DNA of 64,000 bases, taken from NCBI GenBank assembly GCA_040285825.1, contig JAUPSS010000001.1, positions 682,001-746,000 on the forward strand, given 5' to 3'. The position numbers and the translations under genes are program-made. Below are positions 47,720-61,405 of the stretch, one piece after another. Below the pieces are notes generated by a model. It did no database searches and was not told the DNA's origin. It saw only the letters and a list, made by a program, of their open reading frames with translations. Source of the stretch: Eukaryota sp. TZLM1-RC. Taxonomy: Eukaryota; Protista; Metamonada: BaSk clade. Numbering within the stretch: the stretch's first letter is position 1; each line of letters starts with the position of its first letter.

Positions 47720-50700
47720 ATGGTTAAGCCCGTACTTTCGTCACTTCTACTACCTGCTACCTTGTTCGTTTGTCTTTTATCTAGACAATCTTATTTCTTA
47801 TTTGCTTTTGTTCTTTCGCTTTTTCTTGCTATTAAGCTTCCGAATCAGAAATGGCCCCCGCTGCTCTCTTTTGCATTATCCTTTCTTGGTTTAGTCGCTT
47901 CTGCAGTAACCATTCCATTTGACCTCCCCCTTCTTCAGTCTTTATATATAGGTACTTGTTCTGATTCACTATGTATACCACCATTTGCGTACTATGGTTC
48001 ACTTGTTTTCTTGTTATTCATCTATCTTCGACTGCAACCTTCTTCATGCACGCTCTCCTCACATGTCCCTCTCCTGTCCAATGTTTTATCTCAAAACCAT
48101 TCTCATCCTACTTTCCTTCTCTTTCGTCCCCACACCCACCTACTTCGTCTTCTTCACCCTCATATCGCTTGTTTTGTCATCTCCAACTTCTCCTCTCCTC
48201 TCCCACAACCTCTACCATAAGATCTTCTCCATTTGTTCATTTTCCCACCTCTACTACATTCTTCTCTCCTCTACTCTCTCCCTTCCTTACTTTCATGATC
48301 CATCTACTCTTCTTCCACTTCCTGTGTCTTTCTTCTCCACACTACACATTCTTACCCTAATTCTCTCCATTTATCTTCACTCATCCCCTTACTTTTTCTC
48401 TCCACATCACCGTATTCCCCAAGCAGATAGTGTTGAACCTAGTCTAATCTCTCTTTCTTTTGTTCCTGACACAACTGCTTCTATTAGTGTAGCATCTGTA
48501 ATTTCTTTTTTCTCATGTGGATTAGTATTAATTGCTACCTTCTTTTACCCTTCACCTTGGCTGATTCCGTTGCTGATATATATAATGATTCTGATTATTT
48601 TTAAATTAAGAACTTGTGGTTTTAAACGAGGTTATAGAGTTTTATTATTTTCTATTATTTCAATTAATTTAACATTTATTTCTTTTTCTAAACAACCAAG
48701 AGCTGTGACGTTACTTTCAGCAGCTTTCTTTCTATTTTTGAACCCTTTTGGTCTATTGGTGACGTTTTCGCCACGTCAGCATAGGTACTTTTTGAAATTT
48801 TTGAGAATTATTTACACAATTGACCACTCTATTATTGTTTTTACTGCATCTTTATTAATCACCTTAAATTTACCTACAGTTCCATTTATTTTACTATTCT
48901 TATTATCAGTTCATTATATTCTTCATCCTTTATCATCAAATAAAAAAATTACAAATTTGGTGTTATTTATTTCTTTTGGTTTTGTTTTACTATTTTATTC
49001 CACTTTCTCTTCCTTTATTTCCTCAATCTGTGATTCTCAATTCGCAATTGTGTTGGGCGTTTGTCAGACCCAATCTTATTATTATTCAGTTATTATCTTT
49101 ATTTTAATTTCTTCTTTATCTCATTTAAATTATTTACTAAGAAGAATAGATGGTGAAAGTAGAACCTCTTTGTCTTTTCAATCTCCTTTATTCTTAAAAT
49201 TCAAATCAGTAATTGGAGTTTGCTTTATTAGCATATACTTGTTATTTAGAGTTTGTTTATTGGAAATTGTTATATTAGCAATCTTTGTGGTTATTGTTTT
49301 ACTCCCAATTGTTGGAATTCGAAATTCTTTAATTGACTTTATCGGATTTTCTAGTTTGGTTTTGGTCATTGCTAGTTTATTTATAATCCAATACACCCCA
49401 GTAATGGATTATTTATCCACACTTCTCCCAGCTCATTATGTAGACGTGATATCACGTTATCATTTTGACCTTTTATTTGATCGATTTGTTTTTCTTATTT
49501 TTCCAGTATTATCTTTTGTTTTTCTTAAGGGAATTGACTTTAATCAGCGCTTCATTTCCCTTTCAAGACCTTCAATTGTCAAAAATTTAGTCGTTTTCAT
49601 TCTAGTAATTTCAACATTCCAACCATATATTTTAAATCTAATACCGTTAATAATTTGTATTTTTGATTTAACTCTAATCAAACACACAAACGGAACTAGT
49701 AGGAAGCTGCTTTATCTAATAACCTCAATTTTAACAATAACTCGATTAACAATTACTTATTTATCAATAGCATTGCCTCAAGATTTTATTAAAAGTCCCA
49801 TATTTAAAATATTTGCATTACCCTCACTCAACCATTGTGACTCTGTTTTTTGTCTAGAGCATGCTTTAATTTCATTACCTTTGGTTATTCAATTAATCAT
49901 TTCTACCTCCTTCATCAAATCACCTTCCCCATCAATCACGTCGCCTGTGATTGCTTTATTTACATCGCAATTCCAACTACTTCTTTATGTGATCTCTATC
50001 CTGATCTCCATTCTTCATGGCCAGAATTTTACGAATTTTTCGGAGTGTCTTGCACATCCAACTCTTTCCTTTTTCACTTCAGTTTCCCCATTTTAGCCAT
50101 ATTTTGCCTCTATAGGTCCATGGCCAATCCCCTTGACTTGAGCTTATACTGCCCCGAAACTGAAGATGAAGTTTCTCCCATCGCTTTTAAAATTGAAAAG
50201 TTTTTGTTACCGCTTTTAAGACCTTGTCTAATTATTTTATTGTTCTTTATCGGTGTTCAACGTGCATCTGTTCCTGCTTTGCTTTACGTAATTGTAGCAC
50301 TTTGGTTGGTGTATTCGGACTCTCTTTTTACTGAGCTGAAAAGGGCAAAAACTTTCACGTTTTGTTTGTATGTTTTAAACTGCTCTGTTTTGATTTCACA
50401 ATCAATATTTCAGTTGAGCTTTTTCAGTGAATCTTCTGATCTCTTCTCGATCTCTTCTATTCTAGGTCTAGATCAATACCATTCTTACTACTCGGCGCTC
50501 AAATTATCAGCTTCACTTTTGGATTTCATTGTCCACGGCATCTCTTCTTCTTTGGATGTATTGGTTTACTCTGCTTCCTTTAAAAGATATCTTTCTTCAG
50601 TTAAAACCAGCAGAGATTTGGCCATCCAACGAGTCTTGGATGATGAAAAGTTAAGTAAGCTTAGGCGGGAAAGAATTTTAAAGCAACAGTTAACAGAGAA

Positions 50701-53226
50701 GGAAGCTACTGAAAGCAGATTGGAAATGTTAAAGTCCAAAAGACTTGGTAAAAGAGATACATCAGCTCGTCAAATATTTGAAGAAGAGATCAAAGCACAT
50801 CAGGACGTTTTAAGTGATTTGTCAAGTAGTGCAGAAGAGATCAAAAAGGATCATGATGACCTGTCAGGTCAAGAGAAGTCAAGTGACGTTGACGTATCTA
50901 CTGATCAGAAACTTGATGAAGAGGTCACACCAGATCAAGATGACACGTCTGAGCCTCAACCATCATTTTTACTTCGAATGGCAACCAAACTTCAGTCAAT
51001 CATTTTGAACTTCTTCAATATCAACATTTCTGACCTACCACCACGTCATCAAACGTCACCATTACGTTGGTTAAAGCACAATATTTATAGATACTCTTCT
51101 GTATTGTCTTGCTTGCTGTGCTATCTCGCTGCCTTGTGGTTTCCTTCAATTCCCACCGTAATGATTGCTTTCACCACGATCACTTTTGGTTTAATGTCCA
51201 AATATGGAGGCAAAGCTAGGTTTTGGCAGTTTATTTTGGGAATTTATCTATCTTTATTATTAATCCATTACATTTTCACCTTTCCTTTCTTTTGTTTTTG
51301 CGTTTCGCCATCAGATTCAATTACCATTTCCCTTGGTAAGTCATGTCTAGATCCCACCAAGTGTCCTGTTCCAAGGGAGCTTATCGATCCATCCAGTCAC
51401 CCCTCAGCCCTAAGTTCGCAACTCATTTACCTTGTTGGTATTGCTCCTATAGGCAGCTTCCTCTTCTCCTACCCTCCCTTGCTGATTGCTGCATTGGGTA
51501 TCGTTCTTCATCGTTCTATCTCGTTTAGAATGGGCAGGTGGGGAATTGATGTAGAGGAGAGAGTTGGGGTTCGTCAAGTTTGGGGTAGGGTCGTGGTCTT
51601 CTTCAAGACTCTAATGGAGAAGCGTTTCGACGCTATTGGAGTAGACCTCTACCCATTTATGTTTTTTATTGATATACTTCAGTTAATTGCGCTTCCATTG
51701 CCTTTTTTAGTAGCTCAACAGCTTCCCAGTCGGTAATCCAATCAGTCCAGCTCAGTTATTTACCTGGTTTCCTTGCAATTTGGTTGATTGTTCAGTTTCT
51801 GTTAATCATTATTGATAGAACTCTTTTCTATTTGAGATTCGCAAGACTCAAAGCTCTGATTCATTTCATTTCTAATTTCACTGTGTTAATTGTTTTTTGT
51901 TTAATTTTCCCCCGCAGTAATCACGAATTACCAATTAATGCACCTTTTCTCCTAGTCGCGGCCTTTCTGCGGTTTGTGGCTGCCGTGTTGAGCTCTCTAC
52001 AACTTCGTTTTGGTTTTCCACCGCCTTCCTCCAAAGCCTTTTTGATGAAGTCTTACGGTTCTTTTAATAATTATGGATACCAAGCCTTTAGAGTCATTCC
52101 TTTTCTTTATGAAATGAAATGTTTGTTGGATTGGTCTTTGACTACTACTGCTTTGGAATTTAATTACTGGATGCGAATAGAAGATATTTATTCATCGTTG
52201 TTTTTAATCAAATGCAGAAGGTTATCTACAGCGAAAAGGGGTCGAAATTTTGGCGACCCACAACCAAAATTTGACAAATTTTCGCAAGGATTTCTTTTGT
52301 TTTTCGGTCTTACGCTTTTATTATGTTTGCCCTTAATTTTATTTAGTTCTGCTAACCCAGTCTCCAAACCAAACCCTATCCAACAGGCCAGTATTGATGT
52401 AAGTTTCAATAACTACTTGCCCATTTTCTCTCAGCATGAAGTGCACAAAGTCGATGTTATCCCGGCTACACAATACAATGCAATTGTTAGCCAGCACTCC
52501 TTGCTCCGTGATTCTAACCGTGCAGATGTACGAAAGATTACCTTTTTCACTTCATCTGATTCTGTGTGGACCATTGCTCCTCCTGCCATGAACGGGCTAG
52601 TAGAAGCTTTGGAGGATGGAAGGGGAATAGTGTCTGTTACTTTGTCGTTTAACAGACACTATCCAAGCGATAGGAGGACAGCAAAGGGATGGTACTCGTT
52701 CAATTTAGATCATGAACATTGTTTAGAGTTGGCCAAGTTATTTTCTGGTGATTTAGAAGAAGTAACAATACCTTTACTTCCAAGAGCTGCATTAATTCCT
52801 CTGGCCGAATCACCAATCTTTTCTGATCAACGTGAGGATACTCTCATTCAGCGCAGAGAACGTGACGGACAGACTTATTGGTTGATCAAGGATGCTGATT
52901 CAAGAGAACCATTCTATATGTATACTTATAGTTTAGAATCGATCGCTGCACTTGGTGCTTATGCCAGGGGGGGTTTGATTGGATTGTATCTATCAATTGT
53001 GATTGGTGTTGGTAGGTTTGTTCGACTTTCATTTTCGGACAGCAAATCCCAAATTTTTGTTTCGGCTCTCCCAAATGTGGATAAATTACTTGAAATCTGT
53101 GAGGATTTGTTCCTGGCCAGGAGTATCTCAGATTTGGTCATTGAAGAATCAATTTACAAGGAAATCATTCAGATATATAGAGATCCAGATACTTTGATTG
53201 AATTAACCACACCACCAGTTAAATAG
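47720..53226 (+). pseudogene. PIEZO: Piezo copy 3 (most complete; disrupted)
   Basis: ATG at 47720 with Piezo-like N-terminus LLLPATLFVCLLSR, through to the C-terminal pore module. Frameshift near 48060, ~200-nt deletion at ~49980, frameshift at ~51698. Confidence 0.9.
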
Positions 53227-53847
53227 TTATTGGTGATAGGTAGTTAATTTAAATAGTGTTTTCGTGCTATATCTTTTGAATAAATAAAGCAGTATCTTTT
53301 TTGAGCTACTGTCTCGTTATCCCCTACGTTAACTCCAATAATCAATTTCAACAAAATGGTTTTAAAACAAGCTTTTCATGGGATGGATGCTCTTTAAATG
53401 AGCGACTTTTGAGCGTTAAACAAAGCTTTTTCCTACTGTATTTGGAATGGTAGCATCCGATACAAGACGTGATGTGAAGTAATGTCAAATACTACAATGT
53501 TGTGAATTTCCAGATGATAGAAGAAAAAATGGCTACCAAAAACACATGAAACTTCTATTGATGATACAGCATATTTATTGGTATTCAGCTCAAAAATCAG
53601 AATAATAACAAGTAAACTCTCACCAATTTTAAGGGACATTGTTATTGCACAAACTACCTAACAACTCTTCGATGTAAAAAATTAGGAGAGACTGACATGA
53701 TATCTGCTGAAGATATCCTCTGTTTGATAGCTGTGAATTGTGTAAGCGGTATACCTATAACCTAATACGGCCAATAATTATTGTTGCCTTAGGTTGCAAA
53801 AGTGGTTGAGATAAAGATGATTGACATAAAGTGCATGACATAAAGTT

Positions 53848-55290
53848 GATTCCAGAATTGCCCGGTTGGAAGAAGAAAGGGCCGGTATCAATGCCTCCAA
53901 TCAACACCTCAGTCACTCTTTGGAAGAACGTGATGCTAGAATTGCCACCATGGAAGAAGCTTTAAATGCCAGCAAGGCCTGTATTGCTGAGAAAGATACA
54001 GAAATTGCCAACCTTAGATCTACCATTGATGAATTGGAAAATCAAAATACTCTACTCAGTAGAACTAATTCTGATTTAGCCAGCAGAATTGCTGATCTTG
54101 AAGCATTGTTGAGAGAGTGCCATTGTAATCAACCTTTGAACAATATCGATGATCATCATCCTCCATCAAAGGAAGAAATTTTGGAAGACATCAAGTCGAA
54201 TGTAAATTGGAATGGATTGGGGGATAAGGTGAAGAAGGGTGTTGAGGGTTTGGTTGATGGTTCCATCACTGAATTGGATCTTTTTTGGAACAACATTACC
54301 TCTGAAGGCGCTAGTGCTCTCGCCCGTGCTCTGGAGAGAAATTCCACTCTGACTGAATTGAATCTTGAGTGCAACAACATTACCTCCGAAGGCGCTAGTG
54401 CTCTCGCCCGTGCTCTGGAGAGAAATTCCACTCTGACTGAATTGAATCTTGAGTGCAACAACATTACCTCCGAAGGCGCTAGTGCTCTCGCCCATGCTCT
54501 GGAGAGAAATTCCACTCTGACTGAATTGAATCTTGAGTGCAACAACATTACCTCCGAAGGCGCTAGTGCTCTCGCCCATGCTCTGGAGAGAAATTCCACT
54601 CTGACTGAATTGAATCTTCGGTCCAACAAAATTACCTCCGAAGGCGCTAGTGCTCTCGCCCGTGCTCTGGAGAGCAATTCTTCTCTGACTGAATTGAATC
54701 TTCGGTCCAACAAAATTACCTCCGAAGGCGCTAGTGCTCTCGCCCGTGCTCTGGAGAGCAATTCTTCTCTGACTGAATTGAATCTTCGGTACAACCACAT
54801 TACCGATGAAGGCGCTAGTGCACTCGCCCGTGCTATGGAGAGAAATTCCACTCTGACTAAATTGAATCTTGTGAACAACAACATTACCTCTGAAGGCGTT
54901 AGTGCTCTCGCCCGTGCTCTGGAGAGAAATTCCACTCTGACTACATTGTATCTTTGGAACAACAACATTACCGATGAAGGCGCTAGTGCACTCGCCCGTG
55001 CTATGGAGAGAAATTCCACTCTGACTACATTGTATCTTGTGAACAACAACATTACCTCTGAAGGCGTTAGTGCTCTCGCCCGTGCTCTGGAGAGAAATTC
55101 CACTCTGACTACATTGTATCTTTGGAACAACAACATTACCTCTGAAGGCGCTAGTGCTCTCGCCCGTGCTCTGGAGAGCAATTCCACTCTGACTGAATTG
55201 GATCTTCGGTACAACAAAATTAGCAATTCAACCAAATCCAAACTTCGACAAGTAGCATCTAATCGTCCCTCTCTCCGAATTTTCGTTTAA
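53848..55290 (+). pseudogene. 5'-truncated kinase-LRR family copy (coiled coil + 12 LRRs)
   Basis: Begins within the coiled coil (gattccagaattgcc); open to the native stop; an in-frame ATG is available at 53950. Confidence 0.8.
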
Positions 55291-55400
55291 TAAACACATT
55301 TCAATTACTTTTTCCATCAATACAAAACCAACTATAAAATCGTCCAACATCAATACAAATCAAAACCTAATACAAATTAGAAAAAACAACATAAACAACT

Positions 55401-55668
55401 GCCAACATCGTAGTCCAGTGGGTTTGCTCTTCGTTCTCTGCTTTGGCAACAGGGTTCGAATCCCATCTGCTGCACTTCTGGCGAAAGGGGACCCCAAAGT
55501 GGGAGCCAGCATTTCCTTTCCCACTTTCCGGGTCTGACTGCATGGTGCTTGATCAATGAGGGTGATTCTGAAGATTGGGCATTTTAGGTTTTTGTGGATC
55601 TTGATTTTGCATGTTATTCGCAAAAATTTCCTTTTCTGAGAAATTGTTACTGTAATTTTTTAACAAAT
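55401..55668 (+). mobile_element. tRNA-headed SINE-like element copy, followed by a family A 3' fragment (-)
   Basis: Same A/B boxes and body. Confidence 0.55.
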
Positions 55669-58600
55669 ATATATTTATTTTCTGCGAATAATCAAGTCAA
55701 ATCAAAAGAAACTAAAACACACAAGAAACAAAACTATTTGGGAACACTTCTGTACAAAGCGAAAATGATACGATTCATCCACAAATTCCCTGCAAAATTG
55801 TTACTACTTGAACGACACAAATTACCAAAAATCATTGATAAAATTCAAGGCGGATTGTCCAATGTTGCCAAAAATCGAAAAGGCAAAAGGAACAAACGAA
55901 AACTTTGAGTAAAGATTCTTATTTAAATCATTTAATATCGCAGTATATTTACCTCTTTTTCGGTTTTCACTAAGTAAAACATCATCACAATAAATAAAAG
56001 CAAAGGTATCTCTTGATCATCAGAATCGAGACTAAAACAATTATTGTTTCCAGACGCATGTGTGGAAATTTTTTTAAACTCTTGAGGAACTTCGTAATTG
56101 ACTTGGCCTTTGTTTGTGAATCTTGCAAGGCTGTAGATTGTTCAAAATATTATACGTGTTACAGCACAGGTAACTCCTCTATCTTCTATCTTCCTTTTCA
56201 ATTTGCTTCTGGAAATTTACTAATAATTTAAAAGAAGGAATATGGGATATCACACGGTTATGGAAATTTGTTTGCTTAAAGCTAAAACAGTATTGTCTTA
56301 CAACTCCAAAAATACTTGAAAATACTAACGGAAACTGTTGCAGAGTTTATGAACGTATTTTATTGTTTTAGTGTTCTAGTGTTTTATTCTAAGTGTTTCA
56401 AGAATATTCAGTTAACCAGAGAACGATCTTTATGAAGAGCTATCAAAATTGCCACTTCATAATCCTTTATAGACTGGTTTTACTTATAAATTTTGTTTTG
56501 TCAAATTCGATTTAAAATAGGAATTTATGCAAAATTCATCACTATTTCACAATGTTTGAAAAATTCCGATCTCCTTTGATGAAAAGAGTAAAATTAAAGA
56601 GTACAACGTACCCTTATCGTAGGTAGGATGTGTTGCGCATGTTAAGTATTATTATACAATTTTTATGGCTCACAACAAACGCTTATCAAAAAAGATTGTA
56701 ATTTCATATCATCTGGTGTCAATATGATTATCCGTTGTGTCCTATCTTTTTATGCTTTGCTATTCATCCTTTAATGACTGAATTAATACAAGAATTTCAA
56801 GCTATTCAAATTACTGCTTATATAAATGAAATTTTAATTATTGGTCCAATTGCTTCATTGAGAAAAATTGTTAGAATTGTTCAACAACTATTATCAAATT
56901 AGTCTTTCCTTAAATATTTCTAAATGCTTGTTGATTGGTAAAGAGATTGCTGAACTGGTTATTGATGATCAAATTGTTCCTGATGAACAAATTTCCTAAG
57001 AAATTTGTTCTCAAAGTATTGAATTGACGTGCAGAATCATGAGAAATTGTGGGAGATGAAGAACGAAGAAGATGATTAATTTTTGATCCAAAACATACAT
57101 TTAGAACCGAAAACGCTAAATGTTTGTCAATTTCTAGATCTTGAATAGCCAAAAGTTGCTCTTCGATTTTTTTCAAAATACCTGACAAAATCGAATTAAC
57201 TTTTTCACAAGTTCCAAATTTAAAGCCAAGAAAACGAATAACATTTTCTTCATAATCAAAGTATTTGATATATGTTTCATTAAATGCTACCCCAGCATCC
57301 TGATTACCAATAGTGAAACACTTGGGCAATTTTATATCTAACACTGTTTGGACAGGACAACGAAATGTTGTACCCGTGCTGTAGAAGAAACAAAGGGCCG
57401 ATAAGTGATAAATCATCTGCATAAGCACATATATGAATGTCAGGAAAATCCAACTTAAATTTTACCAAAATTGATTGCAGTGCTAAGCAAAAGAAAAATG
57501 GACCCAATGGATGGACCTCTTGACGAAACAATATACTGAGAATGAAAAATTAAGTGAGAGGGTGATCCATACATCAATTTCAAATACGTCAAAAGTGGAG
57601 AATAATGTAGTTTAAGTTATTGTAAAATACTTGAGCGAAAAACCGTGTTGAAAGCATTTTTAGAATCAATGTTCAATAAATAATTCTCGCCTTTTTAATT
57701 GAAAAATAAATCTGTACACAACGCAGCACAAATTGTGCCATCAGAAATGCCAATTGCAAACTGATAAGGACGAAAAAAAATTAATTGCGGATGACTTAAC
57801 TCTTTTAAAAGAAATAATTGCTGATAATCTCATTATGGACTCACCAACAGCAATAGGTCTGATACCACCCCCAGGCTTACTTAAAACAACTAAACGAGAT
57901 GCCGTTAACGCTTGTGGTAATTTGAAACGTCCCATGATAACACTATTAAAAAGGAAAGCTAAATCATCCACGATTTATGCTTTTTTTCTTTTCTTTTTGT
58001 CTTTTGTATTTTTGGTCTGATTGCATGGTGCTTGATCAGTGAGGGTGATTCTGAAGATCGGGCATTTCAGGTTTTGGTGGATCTTGATTTTGCATGTTAT
58101 TCGCAAAAATTTCCTTTTGTGAGAAATTGTTGCTGTGATTTTAACAACAATATTGATTTTCTACGCAGAATCAAATCAAATCAAAACAATCTAAAGCACA
58201 TAAGAAACAAAACTATTTGGGAACGCTTCTGTACAAAGCGAAAATGATACGATTTTTCCATATATTCTCTGCAAAATTTTTCCCACTTGAACGACACAAA
58301 TTACCAAAAATCATTGATAAAATTCAAGGCGGATTGTCCAATGTTGCCAAAAATCGAAAAGGCAAAAGGAACAAACAAAAACTTTGAGTAAAGATTCTTA
58401 TTTAAATCATTTAATATCGCAGTATATTTACCTCTTTTTCGGTTTTCACTAAGTAAAACATCATCACAATAAATAAAAGCAAAGGTATCTCTTGATCATC
58501 AGAATCGAGACTAAAACAATTATTGTTTCCAGACGCATGTGTGGAAATTTTTTTAAACTCTTGAGGAACTTCGTAATTGACTTGGCCTTTGTTTGTGAAT

Positions 58601-60449
58601 CTTGCAAGGCTGTAGATTGTTCAAAATATTATACGTGTTACAGCACAGGTAACTCCTCTATCTTCTATCTTCCTTTTCAATTTGCTTCTGGAAATTTACT
58701 AATAATTTAAAAGAAGGAATATGGGATATCACACGGTTATGGAAATTTGTTTGCTTAAAGCTAAAACAGTATTGTCTTACAACTCCAAAAATACTTGAAA
58801 ATACTAACGGAAACTGTTGCAGAGTTTATGAACGTATTTTATTGTTTTAGTGTTCTAGTGTTTTATTCTAAGTGTTTCAAGAATATTCAGTTAACCAGAG
58901 AACGATCTTTATGAAGAGCTATCAAAATTGCCACTTCATAATCCTTTATAGACTGGTTTTACTTATAAATTTTGTTTTGTCAAATTCGATTTAAAATAGG
59001 AATTTATGCAAAATTCATCACTATTTCACAATGTTTGAAAAATTACGATCTCCTTTGATGAAAAGAGTAAAATTAAAGAGTACAACGTACCCTTATCGTA
59101 GGTAGGATGTGTTGCGCATGTTAAGTATTATTATACAATTTTTATGGCTCACAACAAACGCTTATCAAAAAAGATTGTAATTTCATAACATCTGGTGTCA
59201 ATATGATTATCCGTTGTGTCCTATCTTTTTATGCTTTGCTATTCATCCTTTAATGAATGAATTAATACAAGAATTTCAAGCTATTCAAATTACTGCTTAT
59301 ATAAATGAAATTTTAATTATTGGTCCAATTGCTTCATTGAGAAAAATTGTTAGAATTGTTCAACAACTATTATCAAATTAGTCTTTCCTTAAATATTTCT
59401 AAATGCTTGTTGATTGGTAAAGAGATTGCTGAACTGGTTATTGATGATCAAATTGTTCCTGATGAACAAATTTCCTAAGAAATTTGTTCTCAAAGTATTG
59501 AATTGACGTGCAGAATCATGAGAAATTGTGGGAGATGAAGAACGAAGAAGATGATTAATTTTTGATCCAAAACACACATTTAGAACCGAAAACGCTAAAT
59601 GTTTGTCAATTTCTAGATCTTGAATAGCCAAAAGTTGCTCTTCGATTTTTTTCAAAATACCTGACAAAATCGAATTAACTTTTTCACAAGTTCCAAATTT
59701 AAAGCCAAGAAAACGAATAACATTTTCTTCATAATCAAAGTATTTGATATATGTTTCATTAAATGCTACCCCAGCATCCTGATTACCAATAGTGAAACAC
59801 TTGGGCAATTTTATATCTAACACTGTTTGGACAGGACAACGAAATGTTGTACCCGTGCTGTAGACGAAACAAAGGGCCGATAAGTGATAAATCATCTGCA
59901 TAAGCACATATATGAATGTCAGGAAAATCCAACTTAAATTTTACCAAAATTGATTGCAGTGCTAAGCAAAAGAAAAATGGACCCAATGGATGGACCTCTT
60001 GACGAAAGAATATACTGAGAATGAAAAATTAAGTAAGAGGGTGATCCATACATCAATTTCAAATACGTCAAAAGTGGAGAATAATGTAGTTTAAGTTATT
60101 GTAAAATACTTGAGCGAAAAACCGTGTTGAAAGCATTTTTAGAATCAATGTTCAATAAATAATTCTCGCCTTTTTAATTGAAAAATAAATCTGTACACAA
60201 CGCAGCACAAATTGTGCCATCAGAAATGCCAATTGCAAACTGATAAGGACGAAAAAAATTAATTGCGGATGACTTAACTCTTTTAAAAGAAATAATTGCT
60301 GATAATCTCATTATGGACTCACCAACAGCAATAGGTCTGATACCACCCCCAGGCTTACTTAAAACAACTAAACGAGATGCCGTTAACGCTTGTGGTAATT
60401 TGAAACGTCCCATGATAACACTATTAAAAAGGAAAGCTAAATCATCCAA
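55535..60449. repeat. Two tandem ~2479-bp units of retrotransposon debris (element tail, A 3' end, D fragment, A RT fragment); third copy at ~2375-4955
   Basis: Matching ORFs offset by 2479 nt (56013/58492 and 56910/59389). Confidence 0.9.
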
Positions 60450-61030
60450 CTACCAATTTCCGTCATATTGTTAGTTGTAAGAAATTCCTTCAATATCGGT
60501 CAGTTCTTCATAATGCCGTTCGTGATGTGACATATGAGATGTTCAAGTGTTACAATTTGAGGTGCAAAGTAGAACCGTTGTTGAAGCATTATAGCAATAA
60601 TAATCTGTTTAATTCACGTCGAGGTGATTTAATTGTTCCTTTTGTGGATTCCTCTCAAATTGTTGTTGATTTTGCTACAGTTGATCCCTTTGCTTTTGTT
60701 TATCGCGATGATGTTTTACCTAGTGCTAATGGTCATTTAAACAAGGCTGAAGATCGTAACAGAGATAAATATACTGAGATACTAAATGATTTAGATAAGA
60801 ACCTTTATTCGAAGTTTTCGTTTGTTCCTTTTGCCTTTTCGATTTTTGGCAATATTGGACAATCCGCCTTGAATTTCATCAATGATTTTGGTAATTTATG
60901 TCGTTCAAGTGGTAAGAATTTTGTTGGGAATTTATGGAAGAATCGTATCATTTTTGCTTTGTACAGAAGTCCAAATTATTTTGTTTCTTATGTGCTTTAG
61001 TTTGATTTGATTTGATTCTCCGTAGAAAAT
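60450..61030 (+). mobile_element. Family A CCHC/RLE 3' fragment
   Basis: HIVSCKK..HNAVRD..RRGDLI..WKNRIIFALYRS. Confidence 0.85.
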
Positions 61031-61035
61031 CAATA

Positions 61036-61295
61036 TTGTTGTTAAAATCACAGTAACAATTTCTCACAAAAGGAAATTTTTGCGAATAACGTGAAAAATC
61101 AAGATCCACAAAAACCTAAAATGCCCAATCTTCAGAATCACCGTCATTGATCAAGCACCATGCAGTCAGACCCGGAAAGTGAAATGCTGGCTCCCACTTT
61201 GGGGTCCCCTTTTGCCAGAAGTGCAGCAGATAGGATTCGAACCCTGTTGCCAAAGCAGAAAACGAAGAGCAAACCCACTGGACTACGATGTTGGC
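61036..61295 (-). mobile_element. tRNA-headed SINE-like element copy
   Basis: Reverse complement of 17933-18200 with a 7-nt deletion in the hairpin. Confidence 0.55.
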
Positions 61296-61405
61296 AAATG
61301 AGGTTGTTGTTTTTTCTAGTTTATATTGGGTTTTGATTTGTATTGGTGTTGGACGATTTTATAGTTGCTTTTGTATTGATGAAAAAAGTAATTGAAATGT
61401 GTTTA

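Noticed and set aside
48058-48468. Intron in Piezo (present in copy 3, absent in copy 1)
   Set aside because: No GT-AG ends, the segment looks coding, and copy 1 has filler at the junction, so this is a deletion.
54156-55241. Long antisense ORFs over the LRR arrays (also 16911-17885 and 61593-62698)
   Set aside because: Shadow frames of a stop-free 84-nt repeat, with no independent coding evidence.
59460-61030. Twin-priming inversion of family A
   Set aside because: The geometry fits, but sister copies of the inverted piece end in other contexts and no TSD was found, so it is unresolved.
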